Counted from the first letter of the stretch, positions 10,411 to 19,324 are shown. The stretch is 64,000 nt of DNA from Opitutales bacterium (GCA_965197745.1 CBDANS010000007.1:1888001-1952000); one strand, 5' to 3'. Numbers and translations: made by a program. The notes: generated by a model not told the origin, from the sequence alone.

Positions 10411-12108
10411 CTATTTTTCTGCCGGGTTTTCACTTTCGACAGCTTCAGAAGAAACAGCCTCTTGTCCGTCTTTTGTCTCTTTAGGTTCTCCCGATTTCAG
10501 AGACACAGAAACCTCCTCTTCCTCTTCATTCTCTCGCATTTTCGTTTCAATCTTATCACCAACTACCGTTTGTGTAACTGTCGTTGAAAGAGAACCAGGT
10601 GATACATTCGCGTCATCAGTCGTGCTCTCTATTGATTCCATTTTTTCTCTTGAAGGTTTCAATTCCATGGACTCTTCACTATCAGCCTTTATAACTTTAT
10701 CGGACTTCTGTATGGACGATTTATTCCCTTGGGGCCGTGGGGCTGGCGCATAGAGCGTTCCGTCACCATATTCTACGACATATCCCTCCGTAATCAGCCA
10801 GTGTAGATTCTGATGCATTAAATGGAGTTTCTCCTTGTTCTGGGATGATTCATCCCCTGAAGCTTGAGCAGCATTTTCTGCGTTGTCAGCAGAGCCTACA
10901 ACAGGAATTTCCTTTTTTATTTCGAGAAAGGATTCTTGCAGTTGAGAAACTTTGATCTGTGGATTTTTCTCAATAAAATCTATTAACTCTTGAACAGAAT
11001 CAGCTAAAAGCTGACCTTGTTCCCGAAACTTGCGTTTTACCGCACAGATGAAGGAGATTCCACGAGATCCTTTTTTATAGACATCTATCTTCAGACGGCG
11101 AAGGCGCCCTCGTAGATGATTAGCACTTTCAAGAGGAAAGCGACGTTGGGCTTCAAGATAATAATCTATCGATTGCTTGATATTACTTTTAGCAAGCAGC
11201 TTGGAGTAGATACTTCCCGATACACGCGCGGATGATACGATCTTCACTATACTCTTTAATTTGTTGTCTAATAAATAACGCCGCACACTTTTAGCGCTGT
11301 CAAAAATTTCGGGTGTGCTTTCATTGCTATGTGTCCCCTTTAAAATATAGCGTGTTTGCTGTGACATCTTTTTCAGCCAATCCTCGATAACTTCAGGATC
11401 TTTGACGGCTTCTATTTTTGAAACAAAAGTTTCAAAAGCAATATGCGGTAATTGAGCAGCATGATGCTGTTCTATAAGTTCCTGGTAACGGTGGTAATTG
11501 GGGGGACCTAATAATTCACCTGTAATCGAACATCGATTGACTATGGCAAAGGTGCCTTTAGGGGGTTCTACATCTACGGTTTCAATCTTAAAAAACCGGT
11601 CCAGGTATTTATCTATTGAGTAGTCAAATGCTTCTTCTTCCGATTCAAAAGGTAAATCGTCAGCCAATGCTATATAGAGACGTCTCGACTTATTATTTTC
11701 TGAAGACAGTGGTCGCACCATGGCTACAACCCGTTCGGGTTTCTCTAGAATCAGCCGCGTTATATCAAACAACTCATAGGTTTTACCAGAAGCTCGAATA
11801 GCCTTTACCAACTTCCTGAAAGCCATATCTTCAGGGTAAAAAGTGACCTCCACATTGGGCTTAAAGGGCACCCTGCTATCGATACGTTTTTCGGTGCGCT
11901 GAGGAAGGCGTGCCCGACGATCACGACGAGAACCTGCAGCCTTAACGGGGCGCGATGGTTTTTCCCTATCCCGATGAGAAATGTTTACGGTCGGGGTAAT
12001 GTTTCTCTCATCACTCCACGATGGACCAAGGCTCATGCCTTCGAGTTCGCTTAAATCTAAAGGCTGTTCCTCCCCTACGGCAGTTCCTTGCTGTGGTTTC
12101 TCATCCAT
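10411..12108 (-). CDS. Conserved hypothetical protein with low-complexity acidic C-terminus
   Basis: 565 aa ORF with an ordered-looking core ('RCSITGELLGPPNYHRYQ'). Function not recognised. Confidence 0.75.
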   Translation of the reverse strand: MDEKPQQGTAVGEEQPLDLSELEGMSLGPSWSDERNITPTVNISHRDREKPSRPVKAAGSRRDRRARLPQRTEKRIDSRVPFKPNVEVTFYPEDMAFRKLVKAIRASGKTYELFDITRLILEKPERVVAMVRPLSSENNKSRRLYIALADDLPFESEEEAFDYSIDKYLDRFFKIETVDVEPPKGTFAIVNRCSITGELLGPPNYHRYQELIEQHHAAQLPHIAFETFVSKIEAVKDPEVIEDWLKKMSQQTRYILKGTHSNESTPEIFDSAKSVRRYLLDNKLKSIVKIVSSARVSGSIYSKLLAKSNIKQSIDYYLEAQRRFPLESANHLRGRLRRLKIDVYKKGSRGISFICAVKRKFREQGQLLADSVQELIDFIEKNPQIKVSQLQESFLEIKKEIPVVGSADNAENAAQASGDESSQNKEKLHLMHQNLHWLITEGYVVEYGDGTLYAPAPRPQGNKSSIQKSDKVIKADSEESMELKPSREKMESIESTTDDANVSPGSLSTTVTQTVVGDKIETKMRENEEEEEVSVSLKSGEPKETKDGQEAVSSEAVESENPAEK

Positions 12109-12333
12109 TTATCAGTGGGGCTAATAATAAGAACCTTTAAACATCATAATATTTCACTTCAGGTCAAGCACAGTAAAAAATCGCGCCAAATAAAGCATTC
12201 CTGCACCTCTATTACTTATATATGAAAGCTAAATGAAGAATTAGATCCCTTGAAATTACTAAAACCTGAACTTGCAAATATTATGTTGATTCGTATTCCC
12301 TCAATCTTTTACAAGATTAACCGTGGGGGATAT

Positions 12334-12418
12334 GCTCAGGTGGTGGAATTGGTAGACACGTACGCTTGAGGGGCGTATGCCGAAAGGTGTAGGGGTTCGA
12401 GTCCCCTCCTGAGCACCA
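12334..12418 (+). tRNA. tRNA-Leu (anticodon GAG)
   Basis: Acceptor stem GCTCAGG/CCTGAGC, anticodon arm TACGC-TTGAGGG-GCGTA, long variable arm, T-loop GTTCGAGT, encoded CCA. Confidence 0.97.
12394..12418 (+). repeat. attL core (3' end of tRNA-Leu)
   Basis: GGTTCGAGTCCCCTCCTGAGCACCA, identical to 19413-19437 (30 bp with one mismatch if extended from 12389). Confidence 0.92.
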
Positions 12419-12477
12419 ATTTTCAACATACTCATTCTAAAAGAGTTATATATCTTAACAGATAGCGATTTCCTAAT

Positions 12478-12524
12478 TAAGAACATAGGTAAGAACAAAT
12501 CATATGTGTTTACCTATGTCATTA
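12478..12524. promoter_or_regulatory. Putative integrase arm-type binding sites near attL
   Basis: TAAGAACATAGGTAAGAACA (12478-12497) matches 19305-19324 at 19/20. An inverted 13/15 copy lies at 12510-12524. Confidence 0.65.
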
Positions 12525-13000
12525 ACATTTTAACTAAGACTAACAAGGAGCATATCTTGGCTGTCGGGTTTTTAATTTGTTTACTCATTAACTAACCGAG
12601 AGAAACACTTTTAATAAATAGATGACCTTTAAATAGCCGTGAAATTGCTTCGATAAATTGAAATTGTACTTCACAAGAGTCCACTTAGTTTAATACTCGT
12701 ATCAACTTCGATTCTCCTATGGCCAAAATAAAGTGCTCGTACTTTCTGGTAAGTATTAATAATTCAAAAGTAAAAATTACTAAGTTAGAAAAATAATTTG
12801 TAATCCTACTACTCATAACACAGATATTCTTACCCCATTTTTCTTTGTTTCACAGAGAGGGGTTTCCTTCACCCATTGGCCCTCAGATTTATGATATAAT
12901 CCCTTTCCGAAGGCCCAAATCAAACTAAGGCAATCAATTAATCAATCGACAGTTATTGCTCTATTCGCTTGATTTTTAGACGCTTTCGAATTATAATATA

Positions 13001-13265
13001 TTGAATATGAAAGACTTACCATACAGATTTCGTGAACAAAGTTTTCGGCGATTCGAGCCTCACATCAATGACATCGTTAATTGCTTTCCTGAGCCAATTG
13101 TCATTGATCCATCTCCGCTTTCCCAGGTCACTTTTTCATGTAGGCTTCGAGACGCCATAAAGTCGCTAAGCGAAAACCGCTGGCCGACTGATATCAATAT
13201 GGAGCGGTTCGATATTATTTACCCTAACATCGTGGTTTGCGAAGGACTGGGTGAAGTTAGAGTGG
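13001..13265 (+). pseudogene. Hypothetical island gene truncated by IS3 copy 1
   Basis: The ORF runs into the IS left end at 13266, and its last residues are IS-derived. Confidence 0.6.
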
Positions 13266-14552
13266 TGGTCGTGACCACGAAAACTGGTCCACTTGAAAAG
13301 TTAGTCTGGTCCAACTAGAAAGGACACAGACAATGAAAGGCAAAAGATACACGACCGAAGAGAAAATACGGATGCTGCGCCAGGCGGACAAAGGGAAAAC
13401 GATCCTGGAAGCATGCCGCGAGAACAACATAAGCGAACAGACCTTCCACCGCTGGAAACGTGAGTTTGGGATGATTGATGTCAACCAGGCCAAGCGGATG
13501 AAGGAGCTCTTTGAAGGAGAACGCGCGGTTAAAACGGATGCTGGCGGACAAGATGCTGGGGATAGAGATCCTGCAGGAGACCCTCGAAAAAAAACTGTAA
13601 GCCCTGGGCACAAGCGGCAAGTGGCAGAGAGACTTGTGACTCGGGGCCAGTGTTCGATGCGAGCGGGGTGCCGGTACTTTCGGCTGCACCGTTCCACCTA
13701 TGCGTATAGGGCCAAGCATCCGGATGCCTGGCTAACGAAACTAAAAGCGGCAGTAAGGCGGTTATCACGGCAATACGCGAGGTGGGGCTATCCCAAGATC
13801 ACGAAGCTGTTGAAGGACGAAGGCTGGCAGGTGGGTAAACGTCTCGTGCAAGGTCTGCGACGTGAACTGGGTCTGGCGATCCCCCCACGCAAGCCAAGAC
13901 GCCGGCGCAGGGGTGTCTGCACCGGGCTACCGACAAAGGCCGAACATCCCGACCATGTTTGGACCTGGGATTTTATCCACGATAAGACGGTTCGCGGCGG
14001 CAGTCTAAAAATGCTGACCGTGCTCGATGAGTACACCCGCGAGTGCCGGGTGATCCATGTTGATCGCCATATCAATGCGGAAACGGTGCGCGGTATCATG
14101 CAAAAACTGCTCGACCGGCATGGGCCGCCAAAATATATTCGTAGCGACAACGGTTCCGAGTTTATTGAAAGCCAATTGAGAGCCTGGCTAACTGCGATGA
14201 AAATCAAAACCCTCTATATCGAACCAGCAAGCCCTTGGCAGAACGGATACATTGAATCGTTCCATGCCCGTTTTCGCGAGGAGTGTTTAAACCGTGAACA
14301 GTTATGGACTTTGACCGAAGCCCGCGTGGTCATCGAAGATTGGCGCTGGCTTTACAATCATGTCCGACCCCACCGCAGCCTCGGCAACATCACTCCACGG
14401 CACTTCACTGAAAACCTCAATACCGAAGGCTCGGGCTCCATTCGGGCTACGCCCTCATTGCGCCCAAGCCTTGACTTCCTCTACCAACTTAACTTCAACA
14501 TTAACCTCTCCAGACTAACTCTCCCGGTGGACCAGTTTGTGTAACCCGACCA
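13266..14552 (+). mobile_element. IS3-family (IS407-like) insertion sequence, copy 1 (1287 bp)
   Basis: TG...CA ends with imperfect IRs TGGTCGTGACCACGAAAACTGGTCCAC / TGGTCGGGTTACACAAACTGGTCCAC. DDE motifs WTWDF, SDNGSEF, NGYIESF. A8 slippery run at 13587-13594. Confidence 0.95.
13333..14544 (+). CDS. IS3 transposase, OrfA-OrfB fused by a +1 lesion (GA->TTT at 13510-13512)
   Basis: Comparison with copy 2 shows GAGCTC-GA-GAAG changed to GAGCTC-TTT-GAAG, which shifts into the OrfB frame about 25 codons early. Confidence 0.8.
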   Translation: MKGKRYTTEEKIRMLRQADKGKTILEACRENNISEQTFHRWKREFGMIDVNQAKRMKELFEGERAVKTDAGGQDAGDRDPAGDPRKKTVSPGHKRQVAERLVTRGQCSMRAGCRYFRLHRSTYAYRAKHPDAWLTKLKAAVRRLSRQYARWGYPKITKLLKDEGWQVGKRLVQGLRRELGLAIPPRKPRRRRRGVCTGLPTKAEHPDHVWTWDFIHDKTVRGGSLKMLTVLDEYTRECRVIHVDRHINAETVRGIMQKLLDRHGPPKYIRSDNGSEFIESQLRAWLTAMKIKTLYIEPASPWQNGYIESFHARFREECLNREQLWTLTEARVVIEDWRWLYNHVRPHRSLGNITPRHFTENLNTEGSGSIRATPSLRPSLDFLYQLNFNINLSRLTLPVDQFV

Positions 14553-14652
14553 GTATGCATATCAATTTATTGATTTTATTTTCTGAATAAAATGTAATAA
14601 TATTAATAAGTAGGTAGTCAACTCAGTCTTTATAATGATGTTTTAAATTACT

Positions 14653-15912
14653 ATGAATAAATCATTTATTTTACTGTCTCTATTTCTCTTATTGACCACT
14701 ACTACTATGATTATTGAAGCAAATGATGAAAGGTTAATGGATGAACCCTTTTTTGAGGTCAAAGATCTAATCATTGCTGAAGGAGAGGTAGCCGCCTATG
14801 GGCTTCCCCTGATCACGGTTACGGTTAAGGGAACGGTTCTCATCAGCAGTAATGCCCGCGTCGGCGACCGTCACGATATGGGCAATGTTCAATACGGGGT
14901 GCTTTTGAGAAGCACGGACAATGGCGAAACCTGGATGAAGAAAAAATTCGATGCTCTTCCTCAAGGAATTATTTCAGACCGGGTGACGGGGAAAGTAATG
15001 CTTTTCATTCCCGAAAGCGGTAAACTACTACGACCGGATGGAAAGCGGATGGATGAAAAGTGGGCGGTTGAGAATCCGCCTGAAGAGGCGAGAGAGATAT
15101 GGCAATATGAAAGTAATGATGACGGTATTAGCTGGGCGAAGGTTCAGAATATTACCCCGATGTTACAGAAGAAAAAATATACCCATATTGTGGGACCAAA
15201 CTATGCGAGTGGCCTTCAATTACAGTATGGAAAGCATAAGGGTCGATTGATTCTTCCGGGACGGACCTTTGTCAAAAATATTTTTGAATTCCAGTACAGC
15301 CGGAATACCCTTCTTTATAGTGACGATCACGGGATAACCTGGAAGGTTGGAGGGTTGAGCCAGTTGGCCATAGGTGAAGCCTGCGCCGTGGAATTGTCTG
15401 ACGGCAGCCTATATCTGAATAATCGCAACGAAGCCGGGCGCGTTTATCGCAACAAGAACAATCCGGACGCCGTTCATTTACTTAACGGGAGAAGCGCAGC
15501 CGTCCGCTGCTTTTCGATCAGCAGAGACGGTGGAGAAACATTTACTGAATTTGGTGAAATTGATGAGTTTATCCATGCTACCTGTCACGGTGGGATGGCT
15601 CGTCTTACTGACCGCAAATACGGTAACATTTTCCTGTTTTCCAATCCGGGCACGAAGATGGGGCAGGAAAAGGCGTGGGGAGAAAGGCATCACTTAACCG
15701 TGTGGGCTAGTATGGATGAAGCTAAGACCTGGGCAGTGAAAAGGGTAATTAACGAAGGACCAGCTGGTTACTCCTGTATGGCGGTGGGCAGGGACGGGAC
15801 GATCTTTGTTGCTTTCGAACGTGGCCCAGAAAATTATCGCACTAACACCGCAGTGGCCAGATTTAACCTCGCATGGTTAATGGAGAATGTGGACTTGGCC
15901 AAGGTCCAATAA
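14653..15912 (+). CDS. Secreted sialidase-like (GH33, BNR/Asp-box beta-propeller) protein
   Basis: Signal peptide, five Asp boxes (STDNGETW, SNDDGISW, SDDHGITW, SRDGGETF, SMDEAKTW), C-terminal 'GYS' and 'FERG'. Confidence 0.85.
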   Translation: MNKSFILLSLFLLLTTTTMIIEANDERLMDEPFFEVKDLIIAEGEVAAYGLPLITVTVKGTVLISSNARVGDRHDMGNVQYGVLLRSTDNGETWMKKKFDALPQGIISDRVTGKVMLFIPESGKLLRPDGKRMDEKWAVENPPEEAREIWQYESNDDGISWAKVQNITPMLQKKKYTHIVGPNYASGLQLQYGKHKGRLILPGRTFVKNIFEFQYSRNTLLYSDDHGITWKVGGLSQLAIGEACAVELSDGSLYLNNRNEAGRVYRNKNNPDAVHLLNGRSAAVRCFSISRDGGETFTEFGEIDEFIHATCHGGMARLTDRKYGNIFLFSNPGTKMGQEKAWGERHHLTVWASMDEAKTWAVKRVINEGPAGYSCMAVGRDGTIFVAFERGPENYRTNTAVARFNLAWLMENVDLAKVQ

Positions 15913-16016
15913 AGGTGCGTGATATTTACGATTAATGGACATACCCAGCTTTTGATTAAAATTGCTTTGGGTGTAAAATAATCGATAGGGAAATGAATCA
16001 GTAAAAGGATGGCGTT

Positions 16017-16139
16017 ATGTCATATCAGATGATAGACGGTTTCCCGGTGTGGGGAGAGCCCCTAGAGAATGCTGTAGATCAAATCAGGAACTGCGCCAAG
16101 GATGCAGCGCATGTTGCACATTTTTATGGGGAGGGATGA
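16017..16139 (+). pseudogene. Probable N-terminal fragment of an RtcB-family RNA ligase
   Basis: Reads MSYQMIDGFPVWGEPLENAVDQIRNCAKDAAHVA.. with an AAGGA RBS. Resembles RtcB N-termini (recognised from memory) and breaks off before the 'MADHHxGY' motif. Confidence 0.5.
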
Positions 16140-16163
16140 GAACCCGAGAAGAGGGTTATGCAA

Positions 16164-16198
16164 ATTGTCGATTGCCGATATTCGATTGTGGATTGAAT
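16164..16198 (+). repeat. Degenerate heptamer tandem array
   Basis: ATTGTCG ATTGCCG ATATTCG ATTGTGG ATTGAAT. Confidence 0.6.
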
Positions 16199-16210
16199 AA
16201 GATGGTCGGG

Positions 16211-17189
16211 TTACACAAACTGGTCCACCGGGAGAGTTAGTCTGGAGAGGTTAATGTTGAAGTTAAGTTGGTAGAGGAAGTCAAGGCTTGGGCGCAATGA
16301 GGGCGTAGCCCGAATGGAGCCCGAGCCTTCGGTATTGAGGTTTTCAGTGAAGTGCCGTGGAGTGATGTTGCCGAGGCTGCGGTGGGGTCGGACATGATTG
16401 TAAAGCCAGCGCCAATCTTCGATGACCACGCGGGCTTCGGTCAAAGTCCATAACTGTTCACGGTTTAAACACTCCTCGCGAAAACGGGCATGGAACGATT
16501 CAATGTATCCGTTCTGCCAAGGGCTTGCTGGTTCGATATAGAGGGTTTTGATTTTCATCGCAGTTAGCCAGGCTCTCAATTGGCTTTCAATGAATGGCTT
16601 TGCATGTCGTCGCTTCGCTCCTCGGAACGGAACCGTTGTCGCTACGAATATATTTTGGCGGCCCATGCCGGTCGAGCAGTTTTTGCATGATACCGCGCAC
16701 CGTTTCCGCATTGATATGGCGATCAACATGGATCACCCGGCACTCGCGGGTGTACTCATCGAGCACGGTCAGCATTTTTAGACTGCCGCCGCGAACCGTC
16801 TTATCGTGGATAAAATCCCAGGTCCAAACATGGTCGGGATGTTCGGCCTTTGTCGGTAGCCCGGTGCAGACACCCCTGCGCCGGCGTCTTGGCTTGCGTG
16901 GGGGGATCGCCAGACCCAGTTCACGTCGCAGACCTTGCACGAGACGTTTACCCACCTGCCAGCCTTCGTCCTTCAACAGCTTCGTGATCTTGGGATAGCC
17001 CCACCTCGCGTATTGCCGTGATAACCGCCTTACTGCCGCTTTTAGTTTCGTTAGCCAGGCATCCGGATGCTTGGCCCTATACGCATAGGTGGAACGGTGC
17101 AGCCGAAAGTACCGGCACCCCGCTCGCATCGAACACTGGCCCCGAGTCACAAGTCTCTCTGCCACTTGCCGCTTGTGCCCAGGGCTTAC
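16211..17189 (-). pseudogene. IS3 orfB frameshifted by 34-nt cassette at DNGS-E-F
   Basis: Split into ORFs 16587-17165 and 16211-16729. Confidence 0.88.
16595..16628 (-). other. 34-nt GA-rich hairpin cassette replacing a Glu codon in orfB
   Basis: GTTCCGAGGAGCGAAGCGACGACATGCAAAGCCA is absent from copy 1, which has GAG here. Confidence 0.9.
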
Positions 17190-17452
17190 AGTTTTTTTTC
17201 GAGGGTCTCCTGCAGGATCTCTATCCCCAGCATCTTGTCCGCCAGCATCCGTTTTAACCGCGCGTTCTCCTTCTCGAGCTCCTTCATCCGCTTGGCCTGG
17301 TTGACATCAATCATCCCAAACTCACGTTTCCAGCGGTGGAAGGTCTGTTCGCTTATGTTGTTCTCGCGGCATGCTTCCAGGATCGTTTTCCCTTTGTCCG
17401 CCTGGCGCAGCATCCGTATTTTCTCTTCGGTCGTGTATCTTTTGCCTTTCAT
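17186..17452 (-). CDS. IS3 OrfA (HTH + leucine zipper)
   Basis: 88 aa ending at the A8 slippery site (17192-17199). Confidence 0.9.
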   Translation of the reverse strand: MKGKRYTTEEKIRMLRQADKGKTILEACRENNISEQTFHRWKREFGMIDVNQAKRMKELEKENARLKRMLADKMLGIEILQETLEKKL

Positions 17453-17510
17453 TGTCTGTGTCCTTTCTAGTTGGACCAGACTAACTTTTCAAGTGGACCA
17501 GTTTTCGTGG

Positions 17511-18158
17511 TCACGACCAAACGCTTACGCGTCTATTTTCAGATTGGACTAGTCCAAGTCTTTGACGGGTCTTTCTGATCGAGTCAAAGCTGCAATCCAT
17601 ATCCACCAAGATGTTAAAGAATTCAAAAAGGGCATTATCATCAAATTGGCAAAGTGGCGGAATCCCTCGGTGTATAGACATGACCCAGCCCCATATCATT
17701 ATATCTTTAATACGCGTTAGCTTATATTTTTTGTAGTTCAATTCCTCACCTAACCTTACAAAAAAATCTGTATCATCTTTTTTAATAGCACGATCCAATC
17801 GAGCTTTAATAATTGGGTGGTTTAATTTTTTCGTGACTCTGCAATATGCAAATACTAAAGAATCATGATAGTTATATTGTTTATTCGTTATACGTTTAAT
17901 GTTAACCGCTTTATTTATTTTTTGAGCAAGTGCATGTTCAACAGATTCACGTATAGTTTTATCATCTACGATATAAAAATCTTCTTTAAGCCTCTTATTT
18001 ATGGAGAATTCAGATGTATTGGGGAAGGGTGCTATTTCAAGAAGAATGCCCGTTAACAGTTCCCGCTCCACATGTGTTGGTCGATGTCGAGAAAGTATTT
18101 CTATCAATAATTGTGGAGATATGGGTTCTTTATTTTTTTTCTCTGCCATAGCTTTCAC
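17511..18158 (-). CDS. Hypothetical island protein, C-terminus abutting or truncated by IS copy 2
   Basis: Overlaps the integrase stop, and its own stop codon lies inside the IS end. Basic C-terminal 'SIRKTRQRLGL' may be DNA-binding. Confidence 0.65.
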   Translation of the reverse strand: MKAMAEKKNKEPISPQLLIEILSRHRPTHVERELLTGILLEIAPFPNTSEFSINKRLKEDFYIVDDKTIRESVEHALAQKINKAVNIKRITNKQYNYHDSLVFAYCRVTKKLNHPIIKARLDRAIKKDDTDFFVRLGEELNYKKYKLTRIKDIMIWGWVMSIHRGIPPLCQFDDNALFEFFNILVDMDCSFDSIRKTRQRLGLVQSENRRVSVWS

Positions 18159-19300
18159 ACAGTTATATCAGGCAATGAATCGAGAGCTTTCCGCTTCGCT
18201 TCATCTTCTATATGTGTATAATTCGCACTAATCATCTTGGATTCATGGCCAATGATATCCATCGCTACGGCTTCACTCACTCCCGCGTTTTTAAAAAGGC
18301 TAGTTGCTGTGTGTCGTAAACAATGGAAGCTGATCTCATTTACATTGCGCTTAGCAGATCGCCCCTTTCCGGTGGATTTTTTTGTTCTCGGCTTCGCGAG
18401 ACCCGATGCAACCAGTAACTCATAGAATTGGTTACTCAAAGTAGATATATTTATACAGCGTTTTAATGTTTCAAAAGCCCTGGGGAAAAGTGGCGCTTTC
18501 GGGTCATCACTTGAAGGCAGTAATTCAATCCATTCTTTTAATGGCTTAGCTAATGGGATAATCTGCCGCCGTCCTGTTTTATGAGCGGAAAGTCTTAGTT
18601 CATTTCGAATCAAATCAACATTATGCGAAGTGAGATTTGCCACATCACGAAGTCTTTGGCCGGTGTATAATCCCACCAAGATCATACCCCTCCATTCTTG
18701 ATCTGCCACTTCTAAAATTCTCTTCAATTCTGTTAATGTAAATGGCCTTCTTTCTATCATTTCCTCTCTTCTTTTAATAATTACAGTTTTGGCTGCCGGA
18801 TCATCAGCTATTAGCCCTTCGCGCCAAGCTGCTTTAAAGGCCACTCTGATAATCTTAAGCTTGCCGTTGGCTGTTACTGCAGTGCTCTTTTTAGCCGCAT
18901 TATCCCGAAAACTTGAAATATCAGCAGTAGTAATACTTGAGATATCTTGATCCGCCCTAGGTCCAATAAAATCTAGAAAATCGAGAACTGTCCCTTCATA
19001 CTTGGAAGTAGTAAGATCAGAGACTTCAACTTTTTTTGTTGCCAGCCATCTCTTAAAAAAATCACGTAGTGTTGAAGTCGGTAGAGATTTTCCGTTTATC
19101 TTTTCGTATATGTCCGATAAGACACGTCGGGCTTGTGCTTCTGTTAATTTTCGCCGGGCAGCATCTTCCCATTCGTCTGCAATAATTTGGGCATTCTTTC
19201 GGTTAACTTCTTTAGTGCTTCTTTTTGTTCTCCTACCATTCGGTAGGGTAAAGCATGCGTACCAATATTTACTTTTAGGATGTTGCCATACACTCGACAT
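18155..19300 (-). CDS. Tyrosine recombinase / phage-type integrase
   Basis: Catalytic R (YTGQR), HxxR (FHCLRH), GH and Y (NYTH), plus an N-terminal arm-binding-like domain. Confidence 0.95.
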   Translation of the reverse strand: MSSVWQHPKSKYWYACFTLPNGRRTKRSTKEVNRKNAQIIADEWEDAARRKLTEAQARRVLSDIYEKINGKSLPTSTLRDFFKRWLATKKVEVSDLTTSKYEGTVLDFLDFIGPRADQDISSITTADISSFRDNAAKKSTAVTANGKLKIIRVAFKAAWREGLIADDPAAKTVIIKRREEMIERRPFTLTELKRILEVADQEWRGMILVGLYTGQRLRDVANLTSHNVDLIRNELRLSAHKTGRRQIIPLAKPLKEWIELLPSSDDPKAPLFPRAFETLKRCINISTLSNQFYELLVASGLAKPRTKKSTGKGRSAKRNVNEISFHCLRHTATSLFKNAGVSEAVAMDIIGHESKMISANYTHIEDEAKRKALDSLPDITV

Positions 19301-19304
19301 AATG

Positions 19305-19324
19305 TAAGAACATAAGTAAGAACA
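19305..19324. promoter_or_regulatory. Putative integrase arm-type site near attR, in the int translation-initiation region
   Basis: TAAGAACATAAGTAAGAACA (tandem TAAGAACA), 4 bp from the int start codon. Confidence 0.65.

Larger units (their letters stand above)
16203..17519 (-). mobile_element. IS3-family insertion sequence, copy 2 (inverted, 1317 bp, orfB disrupted)
   Basis: Near-identical to 13266-14552 in reverse orientation, and 31 bp longer than the inferred intact 1286 bp element. Confidence 0.95.

Noticed and set aside
12301..12498. 65-aa minus-strand ORF
   Set aside because: Antisense shadow of tRNA-Leu.
12530..13000. Possible gene or ncRNA in the AT-rich island segment
   Set aside because: No ORF of 60 aa or more and no recognisable structure.
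13333..14544. Naturally single-ORF IS3 transposase
   Set aside because: Copy 2 shows the normal orfA stop and slippery site, so the fusion is due to a local lesion.
16049..16240. 63-aa Cys-rich ORF
   Set aside because: It crosses the heptamer array and IS end. The overlapping frame at 16017 has a better RBS and family resemblance.
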